Shown here one piece after another: positions 11,941-23,650 of a stretch of 64,000 nt of DNA. The stretch is from Octopus vulgaris (lineage: Eukaryota). The first letter of the stretch is position 1. Each line of letters begins with the position of its first letter. Made by a program: the position numbers and the translations under genes. Below the pieces are notes generated by a model that had not been told where the DNA came from, searched no databases, and saw only the letters and a program-made list of their open reading frames with translations. The DNA lies in the NCBI GenBank assembly GCA_951406725.2, contig OX597827.1, forward strand, positions 33,852,001 through 33,916,000, read 5' to 3'.

Positions 11941-12015
11941 TTGCAGTTCTTCACTTATCTAAGTAATATTGTTAGCCAGGCTAACAATATTACTTAGATT
12001 AGTGAAGAACTGCAA
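11941..12015. repeat. Inverted repeat with 37-bp arms, 1-nt loop, one mismatch
   Basis: TTGCAGTTCTTCACTTATCTAAGTAATATTGTTAGCC-A-GGCTAACAATATTACTTAGATTAGTGAAGAACTGCAA. Confidence 0.95.
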
Positions 12016-12139
12016 GTAATCTTGTGGTAGGGTCTAAGGTTATGGTTCATCACAATTCTATATTGTAAATCTGTGGGCTCAAACTGATTTTTACACAAAG
12101 TGATCATTCTTATATATATATATATATATATATAAATCT

Positions 12140-12179
<40 letters not shown>

Positions 12180-12329
12180 GCACACATACACACATTTAGA
12201 TACATATATAAATGTATAAATGAATAAGTAAAAGGCTGGATATATTACTAGTTTTGTATTACTCAAGAAGACCCATACTCCACAGCAAAAGTGTTTAGGC
12301 CACATACCCTGGTGAAGAGGATTGGCCTG

Positions 12330-12552
12330 CAAGACTCCTGTGCCAGTGCTATGTAAAAGGCACTCATCCAGTGCCATGTAAAAGCACCCAGTCCACTCAG
12401 TGAAGTAGTTGGCGTTAGGAAGGGCATCCAGCCTTAGAAACCATGCCAAATCAGACTGGAGCCTGGCGTAGATTTCCAGCTTGCCAGCTCTGGTCAAATC
12501 ATCCAGCCCATGCCAGCATGGATAATGGATATTAAATGATGATGATGATGAT
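12330..12552 (+). mobile_element. SINE family C, 3' part with (GAT)n tail
   Basis: GGCGTTAGGAAGGGCATCCAGCC..CATGCCAGCATGGA..(GAT)n; related copies at about 13082-13260 (-) and 21510-21690 (+). Confidence 0.7.
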
Positions 12553-12619
12553 ATGTTGACCCTAAAAGGATAAAAAACAGAATTGACATTGGTGGGATTT
12601 CAATGAAGATATGTAATAT

Positions 12620-12826
12620 TGGTTTCAAATTTTGGCACAAGGCCAACAATTTTGAGGGAGGGGATAACATTGATACCAGTGTTCAACTGGTACTTATTTT
12701 ATTGAACCTGAAAGGATGAAAGGCAAAGTCAACCTGGATGGAATTTGAACTCAGAACATAGAGATGAACGAAATGCTGCTACGCATTTTGCCTGGTATGT
12801 TAACAATTCTATCAGTTCCCCAACTT
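12620..12826 (-). mobile_element. SINE family A
   Basis: Shared core and B-box. Confidence 0.8.
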
Positions 12827-13791
12827 GAAAATGTGTAATTCTACTGTATCAGATATCTTCTACTATAATTAAATCTACTTAGACATCTCGTCATTTGTTG
12901 TTTAGTTTATTAGTCTACTGTCAGTGGTTTCAGTCATGAAGGGTTTTTGCTGCTTATATCAACACTAATACTTAATCTGGTACTTATATTTAATCTTATC
13001 CATAAGATGTGAGAATGTAAAAGAAACACTGGAATAATGCATGCATGTAGGTATTTATATTTACATATATGTGCATGTGTGTCATCATCATCATCATCTT
13101 TAATGTCCATTTTCAATGCTACCATGAATAGGACATTTTAATAGGAACTGCACCAAACTCCAATTGTCTGTTTTGGCATGGTTTCTATGTCTGGATGCCA
13201 TCTACTTTAGAGTGTACTGGGTGCTTTTTACAATGCATTGGGCACTAATGAGATTGCCAAGTAATTGGGAGCTAGCTTTGTACTGGGTAATGAGAAATTA
13301 AATCATAACAGAGGTGTCTTAGCTGTAGAGGAGATGCATGGTTACCCCAGTTAAAAAAAAAAAGATTATGGTGGTGAGAGCATACCCTCAAGTTACAGGA
13401 ATGTGACTATAAGAGAAGTGGTATGGGTGGGTAAGTAATTTTGTGGAATTGTGAGAGGTGAGTAACAGATGAATAGAGAATGGGATAGAGTGAAATGAGG
13501 TAGATTCACAAGTGTTTTCAGAGTTGGTTAACCTACAACCTTTCCTTTCAATGCTAGAAAATATTCCAGCTCCCCCAACATTATGAAGCTTATATAAAGT
13601 CATGGCAGCAAACTCATCATAGCATTGGCCATTATTATCAAACCTCACATTATTTGTTCTGAATTCCTGGGCTCTGTGTTCAAATCCCACTGAGGTCGAC
13701 TTTACTTTTCATCTTTCTGGAGTCAATTAAAAGAATCAATCTAAGATTGTGAATTGCTGCAAATGTAAGAATGTTGGACTGGATATCTTAA

Positions 13792-14001
13792 CCCTTTAGC
13801 ATTTAAACCGGCCATATCAGGCCAAAACATTCTACCTGCCTTATGTTCAAACTGGCCCCTCACATCTACTCTACAATGTCATTCTAAAAATACATAGTCA
13901 CATCATCAAATTCTTAAAGCTTCAAGATAATTCATGATTAATTCAAAACAATGTGAATAAATAAACATTACAATTGACAGGATAATCTATATGCTAAAGG
14001 T
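13792..14001. mobile_element. piggyBac-type MITE
   Basis: TTAA (13788-13791), CCCTTTAGCAT ... ATGCTAAAGGT, TTAA (14002-14005): TTAA target duplication and 11-bp TIRs with one mismatch. Confidence 0.75.
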
Positions 14002-14049
14002 TTAAGATTCTACTCCTGCTTTTTGCATTCTGATTTCATATCTTGTCAT

Positions 14050-15200
14050 GACCTACATGGATAGCTGGTTAATCCATTATCCAGTTTAACAACACTTGAC
14101 AACTTTTAGTGAAGTCCATTCTGTTTCAAGCATTTAAGCCAGGTCTCTGATTTAAGGACACTTTTTTTTCTCCTTCCTTCCCATCAGTCTTGTAGGCCCT
14201 GCAAAGAGTCATGGGTATTGTTTTCCCTCCTGACAAAAAGGTAAAAGAAAGCTGAACTGAAACACCATGGAATACTGCACACCTTACATCAGTGACTGCT
14301 GTTACTACATATAGACATTCTAGAACACATCCAAAAAAGAAGTTGACCTTACTGATTGACATGGTGTTGTTCACTAACACAACAACCTCTGGTCTACAGA
14401 TGCCCTATTTCCTCTCTTTACCTTTCCTACTGCTACTATAGTGGTGACTGTTTTTCAGAGCAAGCTGGATTTGTATCACCCTTATTAAGAACCTTTTGAA
14501 TCATACATTTCCCATGTTGTATTGCCACTCTGCACTACCTTTCTCCAGAATGTTGGCTCTCTGGATTCCTTCCATGGTTATGTTTTCCCTGCAGCTGTCA
14601 ATGTGTAATTTTTCAACAGGGCAATCAAGTATATCATTCTCACTTCTCTCAGGTGTATGAGTATGTGTGCACATGATGGAGGTTCTGTAAAAGCCAAGGA
14701 TACAACCTCTTTTTCTATACCAAATCATAAAAAAGGCGAAGCAACTATTCAGAGGCTCCCTTAATGACATATCTCTGAACCATAAAATAGGAATGGTGCT
14801 TGTTTATTCAGTCAGAAGTTTGTTGTATCATATAGTTCTGCTCTTTCTACTGTTTAACTATTGTACTTTAAGAAGAGAGAAAGTTTGTTCAGCAACCAAT
14901 CTACACATTACTTTTCAGCTTGAGAAAGTGAGGGAAAATTTCAAAGCTGTTCAAAACTATACAGATCTCTGCTTTAGTAAACATGTAGCCTAAAGGTCTA
15001 CTTTTATATCTGAGAGCATAGCTGCTAGAATAAGAACAGGCCATGTGCCTTTGTTTGTCCCTCATCAGCAAGTTTGCTGTTTTCTCTGTATAGGAACAGT
15101 TTAGCTCCAAATGACAGAAGTAGTATATGTCACCGTGAAGGTTAAATAATGCTGAAACACCAGGTGTCTGGTAGTCTAAGCGATATCTCTAGGAGCTTGG
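14050..15200 (-). pseudogene. Highly decayed RT-like relic, possibly R2/HERO-type
   Basis: Fragments such as KRGCILGF and FLSGGKTIP loosely match RLE-LINE RT motifs in the expected order. Confidence 0.3.
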
Positions 15201-15334
15201 CCCAATGTGTTTTTACACATAAAAATTATAAACAAATATTTCTCTGACAAAATCCTAATGCAAATGTCTTTAATGTTTTTGTATGCTAGGATGGACTAAA
15301 AATATATGTACACATCTTCATATATATATTTTAT

Positions 15335-15870
15335 CTTTTACTTGTTTCAGTCATTGGACTGTGATCATGCTAAGGAACTACCTCAAAAAGTTTTAATTGA
15401 CCTCAGTACTTATTTTTAAAACCTGGTATTTATCCTATTAATCTATTTTGCTGAACCACTAGGTTACATGAACATAAACAAACCAACACATGTTGTCAAG
15501 CAGTGGGTGATAGACAAGCACAAAGACACACATCCATATATGATGAGCTTCCACACAGTTTGTGTCTACCAAATTCACTCACAAGGAATCAGTTGGCAGT
15601 AAGAGAAAACATTATATGTGGTGAGGTGGCAGAATCGTTTGTCCTTACATCTGAGTTCAAATTCTGCCGAAGTTGACTTTGCTTTTCATCCTTTTGGGAT
15701 CGATAAAATATGTTTCAGTTGAACATTGGGGTCAACGTAATCAACTTAACTCCTATCTCGAAATTGCTGGCCTTGTGCCAAAATTTGAAATCAATAACCT
15801 AAGACACATGTCTGAACCTGAAACTACATTGTTGCAAGGCAAGCTTCTTAACAACACAGTCTTACCGGCA
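15335..15870. mobile_element. SINE family B fragments (-) interrupted by a SINE family A copy (+, about 15622-15795)
   Basis: Similarity to 59506-59992 and to family A. Confidence 0.7.
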
Positions 15871-17208
15871 CTCACACACATCTCTCTCTCTCTATATATA
15901 ATATGGATATCAGTGTGGGATGCAATATGATACATTTCAAGAGAAACACTGAGGTAGTGTCCGACTGAATTACCTCCCCTTACATCAACTTTTCATTGTA
16001 TAGTTCATTTCTTAGCAAAAATAGAATACAGACGAAGGACTGGTGTTAACAATTGATTAAAAATCCTTTAAGGTAAAGCCTCAGCATGACTGCAGTACAA
16101 CGATAGAATGTACTAAAAAGGAGTCTGGTTGATGTTCACTTTTACTTTCCCCAAGTTAATATTTACAGCAAAGTTGTTGACCTTTTGTGGGAGGAAGTTT
16201 ATAGCTTAGTGGTTAAATGAAGGGCCAAGAGATTTTAGAGGTGACAGGAGTTCTTTATGAAACGTTGTCAGTAAGGGTTAGCCCAAGTATTATGTATGTT
16301 TCCCAGATGAGGTGAACTGGGATGCAAATTAATTAATAATTGCTGCCTTGAAAAAGAAAAAAGGATACACTGGACAATGTAGTTACTGATGCACAAAACA
16401 GGATGGTCATGGCTGGAACAGCTTTGCTAATAGGTCTGCTTGATCAAGGATGACCTGGGGTTAAAAAAAACATAATGATAAAGTAGGAAGAGAGTCTGAT
16501 TATCAGGAACTGCATGAATGGCTGTTTGGTTAAGAACCAGACCTCAGTACGTCATTTTCATGACTGTGGTGTGGCGAACTGGAAAGTGAAGAAATAGAAC
16601 TCAAAGGAATAAAATATCAAATCTATAGATTCTTAAAGCAAACTAACACTTTCTAAGTTAAAAAAAAAAAAGCCACAAATTTTTGGATGGTGGGAAAAGG
16701 TGATAAATTTATTCAATGCTACAACCTGTCTAATACTATTTTATCAACCCAAGAACAATGAAAAGATCAAGCCAACCCTGATAGAAACTGAACTTAGAAC
16801 ATAGAAAAGGTCATAAATTCCATAATGTATTTTGTCCACTCCTCTACCAATTCTGCCAGCCATTGTCCTTGAAAGAAAAAGAACAAAAATAATGATTCGT
16901 TTTTAACAGATAAAGCTATAAGTAGCATGAAAATATTGGGTTTAAAATCTTTATAGATAGAAAAAGTTGAAGGCTGCCTGTGGGGCTTGAACTCACATCT
17001 TCTATAAATATGACAAATGTTCTACTGTTGGACCAAAGCAAAGCAGTCCTTCGAATTTCTGTATCCGTTTTAGAAGCTTCATTCTTACCAGTGAGAATTG
17101 TATGTTGTCAATGTCATAAGATTTAGAAAATCTCCCTCTCGAAGTTTCTAAATTCTTTTGTGACCAACAAAAATAATATTCAAGCTAACTGTAAAAGATA
17201 TATATATA

Positions 17209-17390
17209 TAAGAAAGTGAGATGACAAAGGAAAAATGATTATCTTATGAACTTCATTGGCTTACAGCTGCTTCTGCAATAAAATTCAGTGGACTCATATA
17301 GTTGAGTGCCTGAGTAACACCTTATACCTTCATCAGAACCTCGATTATGAAGCTTACAATTGTTTATTCCTTTGACATCTCACTTTCTTA
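17209..17390. repeat. 24-bp inverted repeat enclosing a degenerate hammerhead-like core (PLE pLTR-like fragment)
   Basis: TAAGAAAGTGAGATGACAAAGGAA (17209-17232) vs TTCCTTTGACATCTCACTTTCTTA (17367-17390); CTGATGAAGG on the minus strand near 17330. Confidence 0.65.
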
Positions 17391-18515
17391 TTACTGCACT
17401 ATACTCGACTAATGCTTCATTCTGAAGCATATGTAGATTGAATTCTACACCCGGTTATTAGTCTTGCAATGCTTAATATATACATACATACATATATATA
17501 TAGACACACACATAAACTCACTCAAACTTACCAAGTGTATAGTTGAATCTAAACTTCTACATTCTATACAGTTGCTTGAGGTGTTGAAAATTGTAGTCAC
17601 ATCTTTGTCAATAACTTACAAACTATCTTTATAGATTGAATTATTTAAAGAATTTCTATGTAGTTGCTTGGATTCTTCAACATAGCTGTTACAGTTGTGA
17701 CAGTAACTTTTAAATTTAACAATTTGAGCTAAATAACGTCTGTATTTGTTGCTTGAGGCACTCAATATTGCAACCACAACTCTGCTTATAATTAACTAGC
17801 TGCTTTGTAAGATATACCACATGCTTCAAATTGCAAATTTTAGGATGGAGAGCCCCACCATCCTCCATCACCACAAAGATGGTCTCAGTGATTAAACATA
17901 TTGTTCAGCTACATCTGCATACATAAATCTCTTGTGAATTGTTCCATGTTCTTATCTGATCTGTTGAGCAAGTAGAAACAAGAAAAGTTTCATACCTTGC
18001 TCAGGGTGCTTCAAATTACACCAGTGGTAATATATCAGTGATGTGCATTCACTGATAATATAGAGTGATGTTGTGCTCATAACTCTTCTGCCAACAAGTT
18101 GGTATCTTAACCACTAGGTCAGGAGGTCAACTTTGCTTTTCATACGTCTGGGATAAATAAATAAAGTACCAATCTAAGGTAGAAGTCAGAATACCAGTGA
18201 CTGAGATTACAACACACTTCTTGAATGAGATGCCAGTTACTCATTTGCAACTGAGTGGACTGGAGCAACATGAAATGAAGTGACTTGCTCAAGAACACAA
18301 CACACTAACTGGTCTAGTAATTGGAACCATGATGTTGTGTTCATGAGTGCATTCTAGGTTGCATGCCTTCACTCCTGATTAACAGATGACAAAGAAAAAA
18401 CTTCCCTGTGATTTCATAAAGAAGAATTAAAAAAAGAAAGTATGAAATCTTTTTGCTAGAGAAATTGTCATTCATTTAAAAAAAAAATTTTGATTTTATT
18501 ATTGAATTAAATTAA

Positions 18516-19942
18516 TTATTTGTTTGTGAATATTCGTGTTGTGTTTGCTAACTGAGGGTTGTTTGTAAATAAATGTGTGGCTGGAGCCATTTGTAAAGTG
18601 GGGAAAAGTTGAGCAGTTGAAGACATTTGGATTGTATGAAAAATCTGTGTGATGGGTGTGTTAGCAAGTGTGACTGTATGTGCACCGAGTGTTGCCTGCT
18701 GTGGGATCACAGCAGTAGCAGTGCCTGCATTGGTGTGAAATACTGTTGCTTGGCCTTCTGTTAGCTGTGCTTGTGAATCAATGGCTGTTAGTCCTGAAGC
18801 AGTGCTTGCATCTTGAATTATGTTGGATTGTGTTGTCTGTTGTTGTTGATGATGGTGCACTTGTTGTGCCAGTTGTATTTGCGGTAGATCGTTTTGAAAA
18901 TGCACCTCAGTGACAGTAGCCCCTGTTGCTGGAGCATCTTCTGTTGTATTGTTCACAACTTCTGCTATAACATCAGCACGTGGCACACAGCTCAGCTTCC
19001 TTCGTCCCTTTGTAGGTGTTTTGTGTTTAAGAAGGTGGTCATAACGAGAAAAGGCAAACCCACACAGATCGCACTGGTAAGGTCGTTCACCGGAGTGGAT
19101 ACGGGCATGAACTTTCAGGTAAGACTTCCGAGAGAATGCCTTATCACATATTTCACAACTGTACTGTTTACTGGCACCTTCTTGGTGACACAGTTTGTGT
19201 CGTTCAAGATTGTCACGCCGGGAAAAGGTTTTGCTGCAAACAGAGCAGTGAAATGGAACTGCATTGCAGTTGACACTTTTCTGAGGTGGCTTTGTGCTGC
19301 TGATTGGTAGGGCATAAGTGGTGATGATTCCAGGACAGTTGTCTTCTTGTTTCCAGCAAATGCCTGAACTGTCTATTGCACTGGTATCAAGGTAGCAGCC
19401 ACTACAAGATGTTGCAACAACTGCAGGAAGTATTTTTACAATGTTCATTACATTGGTGCCATCTGTAGTAAAAGCTTGCACACTGTTGTCTACATCTGTT
19501 GATGTCTCCAAACTAGACGGCACTACAGCTGCTGCAGCATGTGGTACAACAGCTGATGCAGTTGGTACAACAGTAGCAGCAGCAGCAACAGCTTCTTCAT
19601 CATCAATGTCCTGTTTTAATACAAGATGGGGTTGATATTGTTGCAGTTCAGACTGTTGCTGCAATTGCTGTTGAAAAAGTAGTTGTTGTTGTTGTTGTTG
19701 ATGCTGTTGCAGTTCTTGTTGAATCTGCAACAGATCAGATGTTGTTAATTTTTTTGCATCTTCATCTTCTTTTATTGCACAGATGTAATTTACCTGATTT
19801 TCACCTGACAACACAGGAAATGCATTAGAAATAATGCAACGTTCACTTGGTGGTGGTTGTATGGAGCTTTGACAGGTTTTTTGTTGCTGTTTCTGTTGTT
19901 CATCAAGGACTTCTGAAACCTGACTCGAAATATTGTTGCTGG

Positions 19943-19980
<38 letters not shown>

Positions 19981-20375
19981 ATGTTGTTGTTGTTGGCAGT
20001 GGTAGTGGTGGTAGTGGTAATAGCAGTGGTGGTGGTGACATTGTTTACATCATTGCTTGTAGAGACTGGCATGACATTGGCAACAGAAGAAATAATGTGG
20101 CTGAATATTTTGTCGGTATGCTGCTTACGACGATGCCGCATCAAGTGGTCATCCCGTGCAAATGCACAGCTGCAAATCCCACAGACATATGGCTTCTCAC
20201 CAGTGTGTGACCGGCCATGCACCTTCAAATAAGACTTGCGTGAGAATCCTTTTTGGCAGACATCGCAGTAGTAAACGGGTCTGGACAGGTGTGCGGCCTT
20301 GTGCCTCTCCAAGTTGTCACGACGGCTGAATGACTTTCCACAGATATCACAGCGAGGAATCTTCTTCATCTTCAT
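18516..20375 (-). CDS. C2H2 zinc-finger protein (619 aa), single coding exon, two three-finger arrays separated by a Q/T/S/A-rich linker
   Basis: Intact ORF; first ATG at 20375 with an in-frame TGA upstream; CxxC..F..L..H..H motifs with TGEKPY/SGERPY linkers; sixth finger lacks the second His; AATAAA at about 18495-18500. Confidence 0.93.
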
Positions 20376-20731
20376 CCAGAACAACAGGTTTGGGCTTCAT
20401 CCAAAAGGATGAAGCAAAATTTGATGAACAAGAGAGAGAGGTGAGAGAGTGAGAGTGTTGGGAGAAAATATCTCTTATTGAATGTTATAAGTGTTATTTT
20501 ACAAATGATTCCCTAATTAGACAGAGAAATCTCTGAGTGGGTGGGAGGAATCATATTTAAAAATGTTTTGTACATGACTTTTGCTTTAAAAAAGTTAGTA
20601 AAACAGGTAAGTGATGGCCGGCAGTTTTAAACAACAGAACTATCACCAGAATCAATGTTAGCAGAAGTCTTCTCCTTCTCCTCCTCCGGTCTCTGGGATA
20701 GTAATTACCATTTTGCACTTTTATTGAATTA

Positions 20732-20760
20732 CTGGAAAACAAAAGAAAAAGAAAAATACA
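20732..20760 (-). promoter_or_regulatory. Candidate 3' splice acceptor for the zinc-finger exon
   Basis: Minus strand TGTATTTTTCTTTTTCTTTTGTTTTCCAG| about 356 nt upstream of the ATG. Confidence 0.6.
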
Positions 20761-23267
20761 GGTAATTAGTTTGTAGATACTTTTATAGATAGATAAGTAA
20801 CTATGTCACCTTCATTACTTTTACATGTACAATTTCTATGCATGTTTGGGTTGGATGAATGTTATTGTAACAATATATTCTACAGCCAAATACCTCTACC
20901 TGTTTTTTAAGGAGGGAATTTTCATTCCATTGGTTTTAATTGACTAACTCCACCCTCACTTCCAAACTCCAGACATTATCTTTTAGTTAGAAACAATTGT
21001 TTAAATGCAACAGGACAGAAGTGTTAGAGTATTGGACTAAATGCCTTGAGTTATTTGTTATAGTTGCTTATATCCTGAGTTGAAATCCTGCTGAGGTAAA
21101 TTTTGCTGAGTCAGTAAAATAAGTAGCAGTTAAGTATTGAGGCTCATATATTGCTTGTCCCTTCCAACTAAAATTTCTGGCCTTGTACCAATGCAAAAAA
21201 AAATAAAAAATAAATGCAACTGTAAGTGAAGTTGCGAGTAGTATTTACATAAGCAACATGCATCTTATGGACAGTCACCCCAGTAACTTCATATCTATCA
21301 TCATCTCCCACCTATTTTAGTCTTTCTGCTGTCATTGCTTTCTCTCTCACCCACCCTTCCTTATTTACATTATCTGAGTAAAGTTACTAAGGCATCATCT
21401 GCATTGATGTCACAGCAAAAGCCCGCCTCCCTAGGTATCTTCTAAAGTGATTGGTGAGCTAGCAGAGGGCTCTGATGTTCTTTCATTCTTACCATACAAA
21501 GGATTGCTGGTGCACCCAGTCCACTCTGTAAAAGTTGATGATAGGAAGGATATCTTTCAGCTGTAGAAACTGAGCCTAAATGACATATATGAGCATTAGT
21601 CTATGAGAAAAATTTTAAAAAGTGACTCTGACATTGATTACTTGTCCAACCCATGCCAGTATGGAAAGTAGACATAAAATGATGATAATAACAAACAGAT
21701 GTAGTTCATACAAGAGTGTATTACAAATAAATAAATAAATAAAACAATAAGGTGCACTTCTCAACATTTTATAAATTTCTTTGGGATACCTACCTATGGC
21801 TTATTGCATAACGTATTGACGAATATTTTACATTTACTCCAATATTTCAAAAATGAAAGATTCTTTTCTTTGTGATCGTTTCAGAACTATTCTGAGCCCC
21901 AATTTGGATTGTGATCTATAGTTTAGGTTAACTGCTGATATACTTAAAACTGCCATTGAATTATATCTTATTTGTTCTGTTTAGTGGCATGTATATAACA
22001 CAAGGATGACATCTAAGTAATATTAATTAGTCTATCTACTCACACCTGTCACATATATAACCAAGTGGTGAAGGTATTCACTAGGTTTGGACAAACTCCT
22101 CTGCAAATGTAATTATTATCTAATATTTATTTTCATTTTCCACAAATTGAATGCCTAACAGTGGCTCTATTTTAACAATTAAAATAATCTCAGACAACAT
22201 TGTGGCGATGTCATACCTGTGGCATCTAAAGGCAGGTGAATGCTGTGTCCCTTGCTGGCCAAATTCAATGTAGGTCATAGTGATTCTTAAACTTTCCCAC
22301 TTTTACGAAAACAATTTTAATTAAAAAAACAAAACATCCCAAACGCCTTGTCACATTTAACCTCAGACCAGCCCTTGAGCAGACTTATAATCAAAATCGC
22401 TCGGGCCGAGACCATTCCATCGTTTTCGGTGTATATACGACTATATTATCTAATGTAGCCCCTATTTTAGCTGGTAGGGGGAATTTAGCTGTTATTTCTA
22501 GGAAATTGAACGACTGCATAAAAACTCCACAATTGGTTCGATCTAGGCAATTTTTGTTGTTATTGTTTAACTGTAGGTCAGTCATGACTGAGTAGACTTA
22601 TGATCAATGATATTCCACCCATGACCATTTAATTCTCCCGGATATGTGTACTTAGGACAACATTTTCCAATGTGTCTCTTCTTTTTCAAGGCGTAATTTG
22701 AGAGATGTGGCTGCTGCTTCATTGAAGTCATTGTTGTTTAACTACTGATAACCCCCCATCCTGGAGTTTTATCGTAGAAAACGTTCCGGACGTGACCATA
22801 CCATCTTTTTACAAGAAACGTTATCCAATGCGTCCTTCCTCTTATGAAGGTGCAATGCGATTTGAAGGGAGACTGGTGTGTTATTTCTTGCAGGTTGAGT
22901 GACCCCATATAATAATAACTAAAACGATTTCATTCGCCGGTATATCGTTTCAACTTATGAGACTGATGATAAGTCTGTCATGTGAATAAATTTTAAATAT
23001 TTACAGAAGTAGTTTATTAGGGTTATCAATTAAATATGCAAATGGAGCGGGGAGGGAAATCGGTTGACTTGTTTGTATTTGCTTTTCGGCAGTTGGAATG
23101 AAAATCGGACACGAAGCTTGGATTGCTTTCAAATCTCGAACAAACTCTGTTTTCCGTCTTAATGGATTTCACTAGTTTTATTTATAATTAAAATGAAAAT
23201 AATTGAAGAAGGAAATTCTAAAAAATAACATAGATAAAACAAATAAAATATAATTGAAATAAATAAA

Positions 23268-23365
23268 ACTCACCAAATAATCAAATTTTCCAGTAAATGC
23301 CACAATTAATAAATAGCAATAACAAAGAAGTCGGTGAAAGCGGTGTAAATATGTCTGCATTCAAA
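23268..23365 (-). promoter_or_regulatory. Candidate non-coding first exon and 5' splice donor of the zinc-finger gene
   Basis: TTTG|GTGAGT donor at 23274/23273 in non-repetitive, CpG-retaining sequence upstream of the acceptor; not verifiable without transcripts. Confidence 0.35.
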
Positions 23366-23650
23366 AGTTCCTACCCCCTTCCTCCTCAAATCTGATCAGG
23401 GAATTCTGTTGGAGGAGGAATTACAACCGTGTTTCGTGGTCTGCTACCTCAACAGCTCTTTTATAGGATCCAGTTAGCTCAAGACATCATCAGGAGGGAC
23501 CACGTCCGGTTTCGGCCCCTACTCCTCTACCGTTTTGACATGCCCCCCCCTCCTCTTTCGGAGGTGTCTTCAGCTCTGGTGTAGGTTGCATGTCTTCTTT
23601 CTTCTGTTCCCTGGCCTCTTCGATGTAGCGTCAACGAGTGTCAGCGGGCG

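Noticed and set aside
16970-17040. tRNA-like sequence on the minus strand
   Set aside because: B-box-like motif only, no convincing cloverleaf; likely a decayed SINE head
18894-20232. Plus-strand and alternate-frame ORFs overlapping the ZNF gene
   Set aside because: Shadow frames of the real CDS and its trinucleotide runs
20539-20547. GGGTGGGAG in the ZNF 5' UTR matching the predicted binding site (autoregulation)
   Set aside because: The motif is short, also occurs by chance near 4296 inside a LINE, and the site prediction is itself inferred
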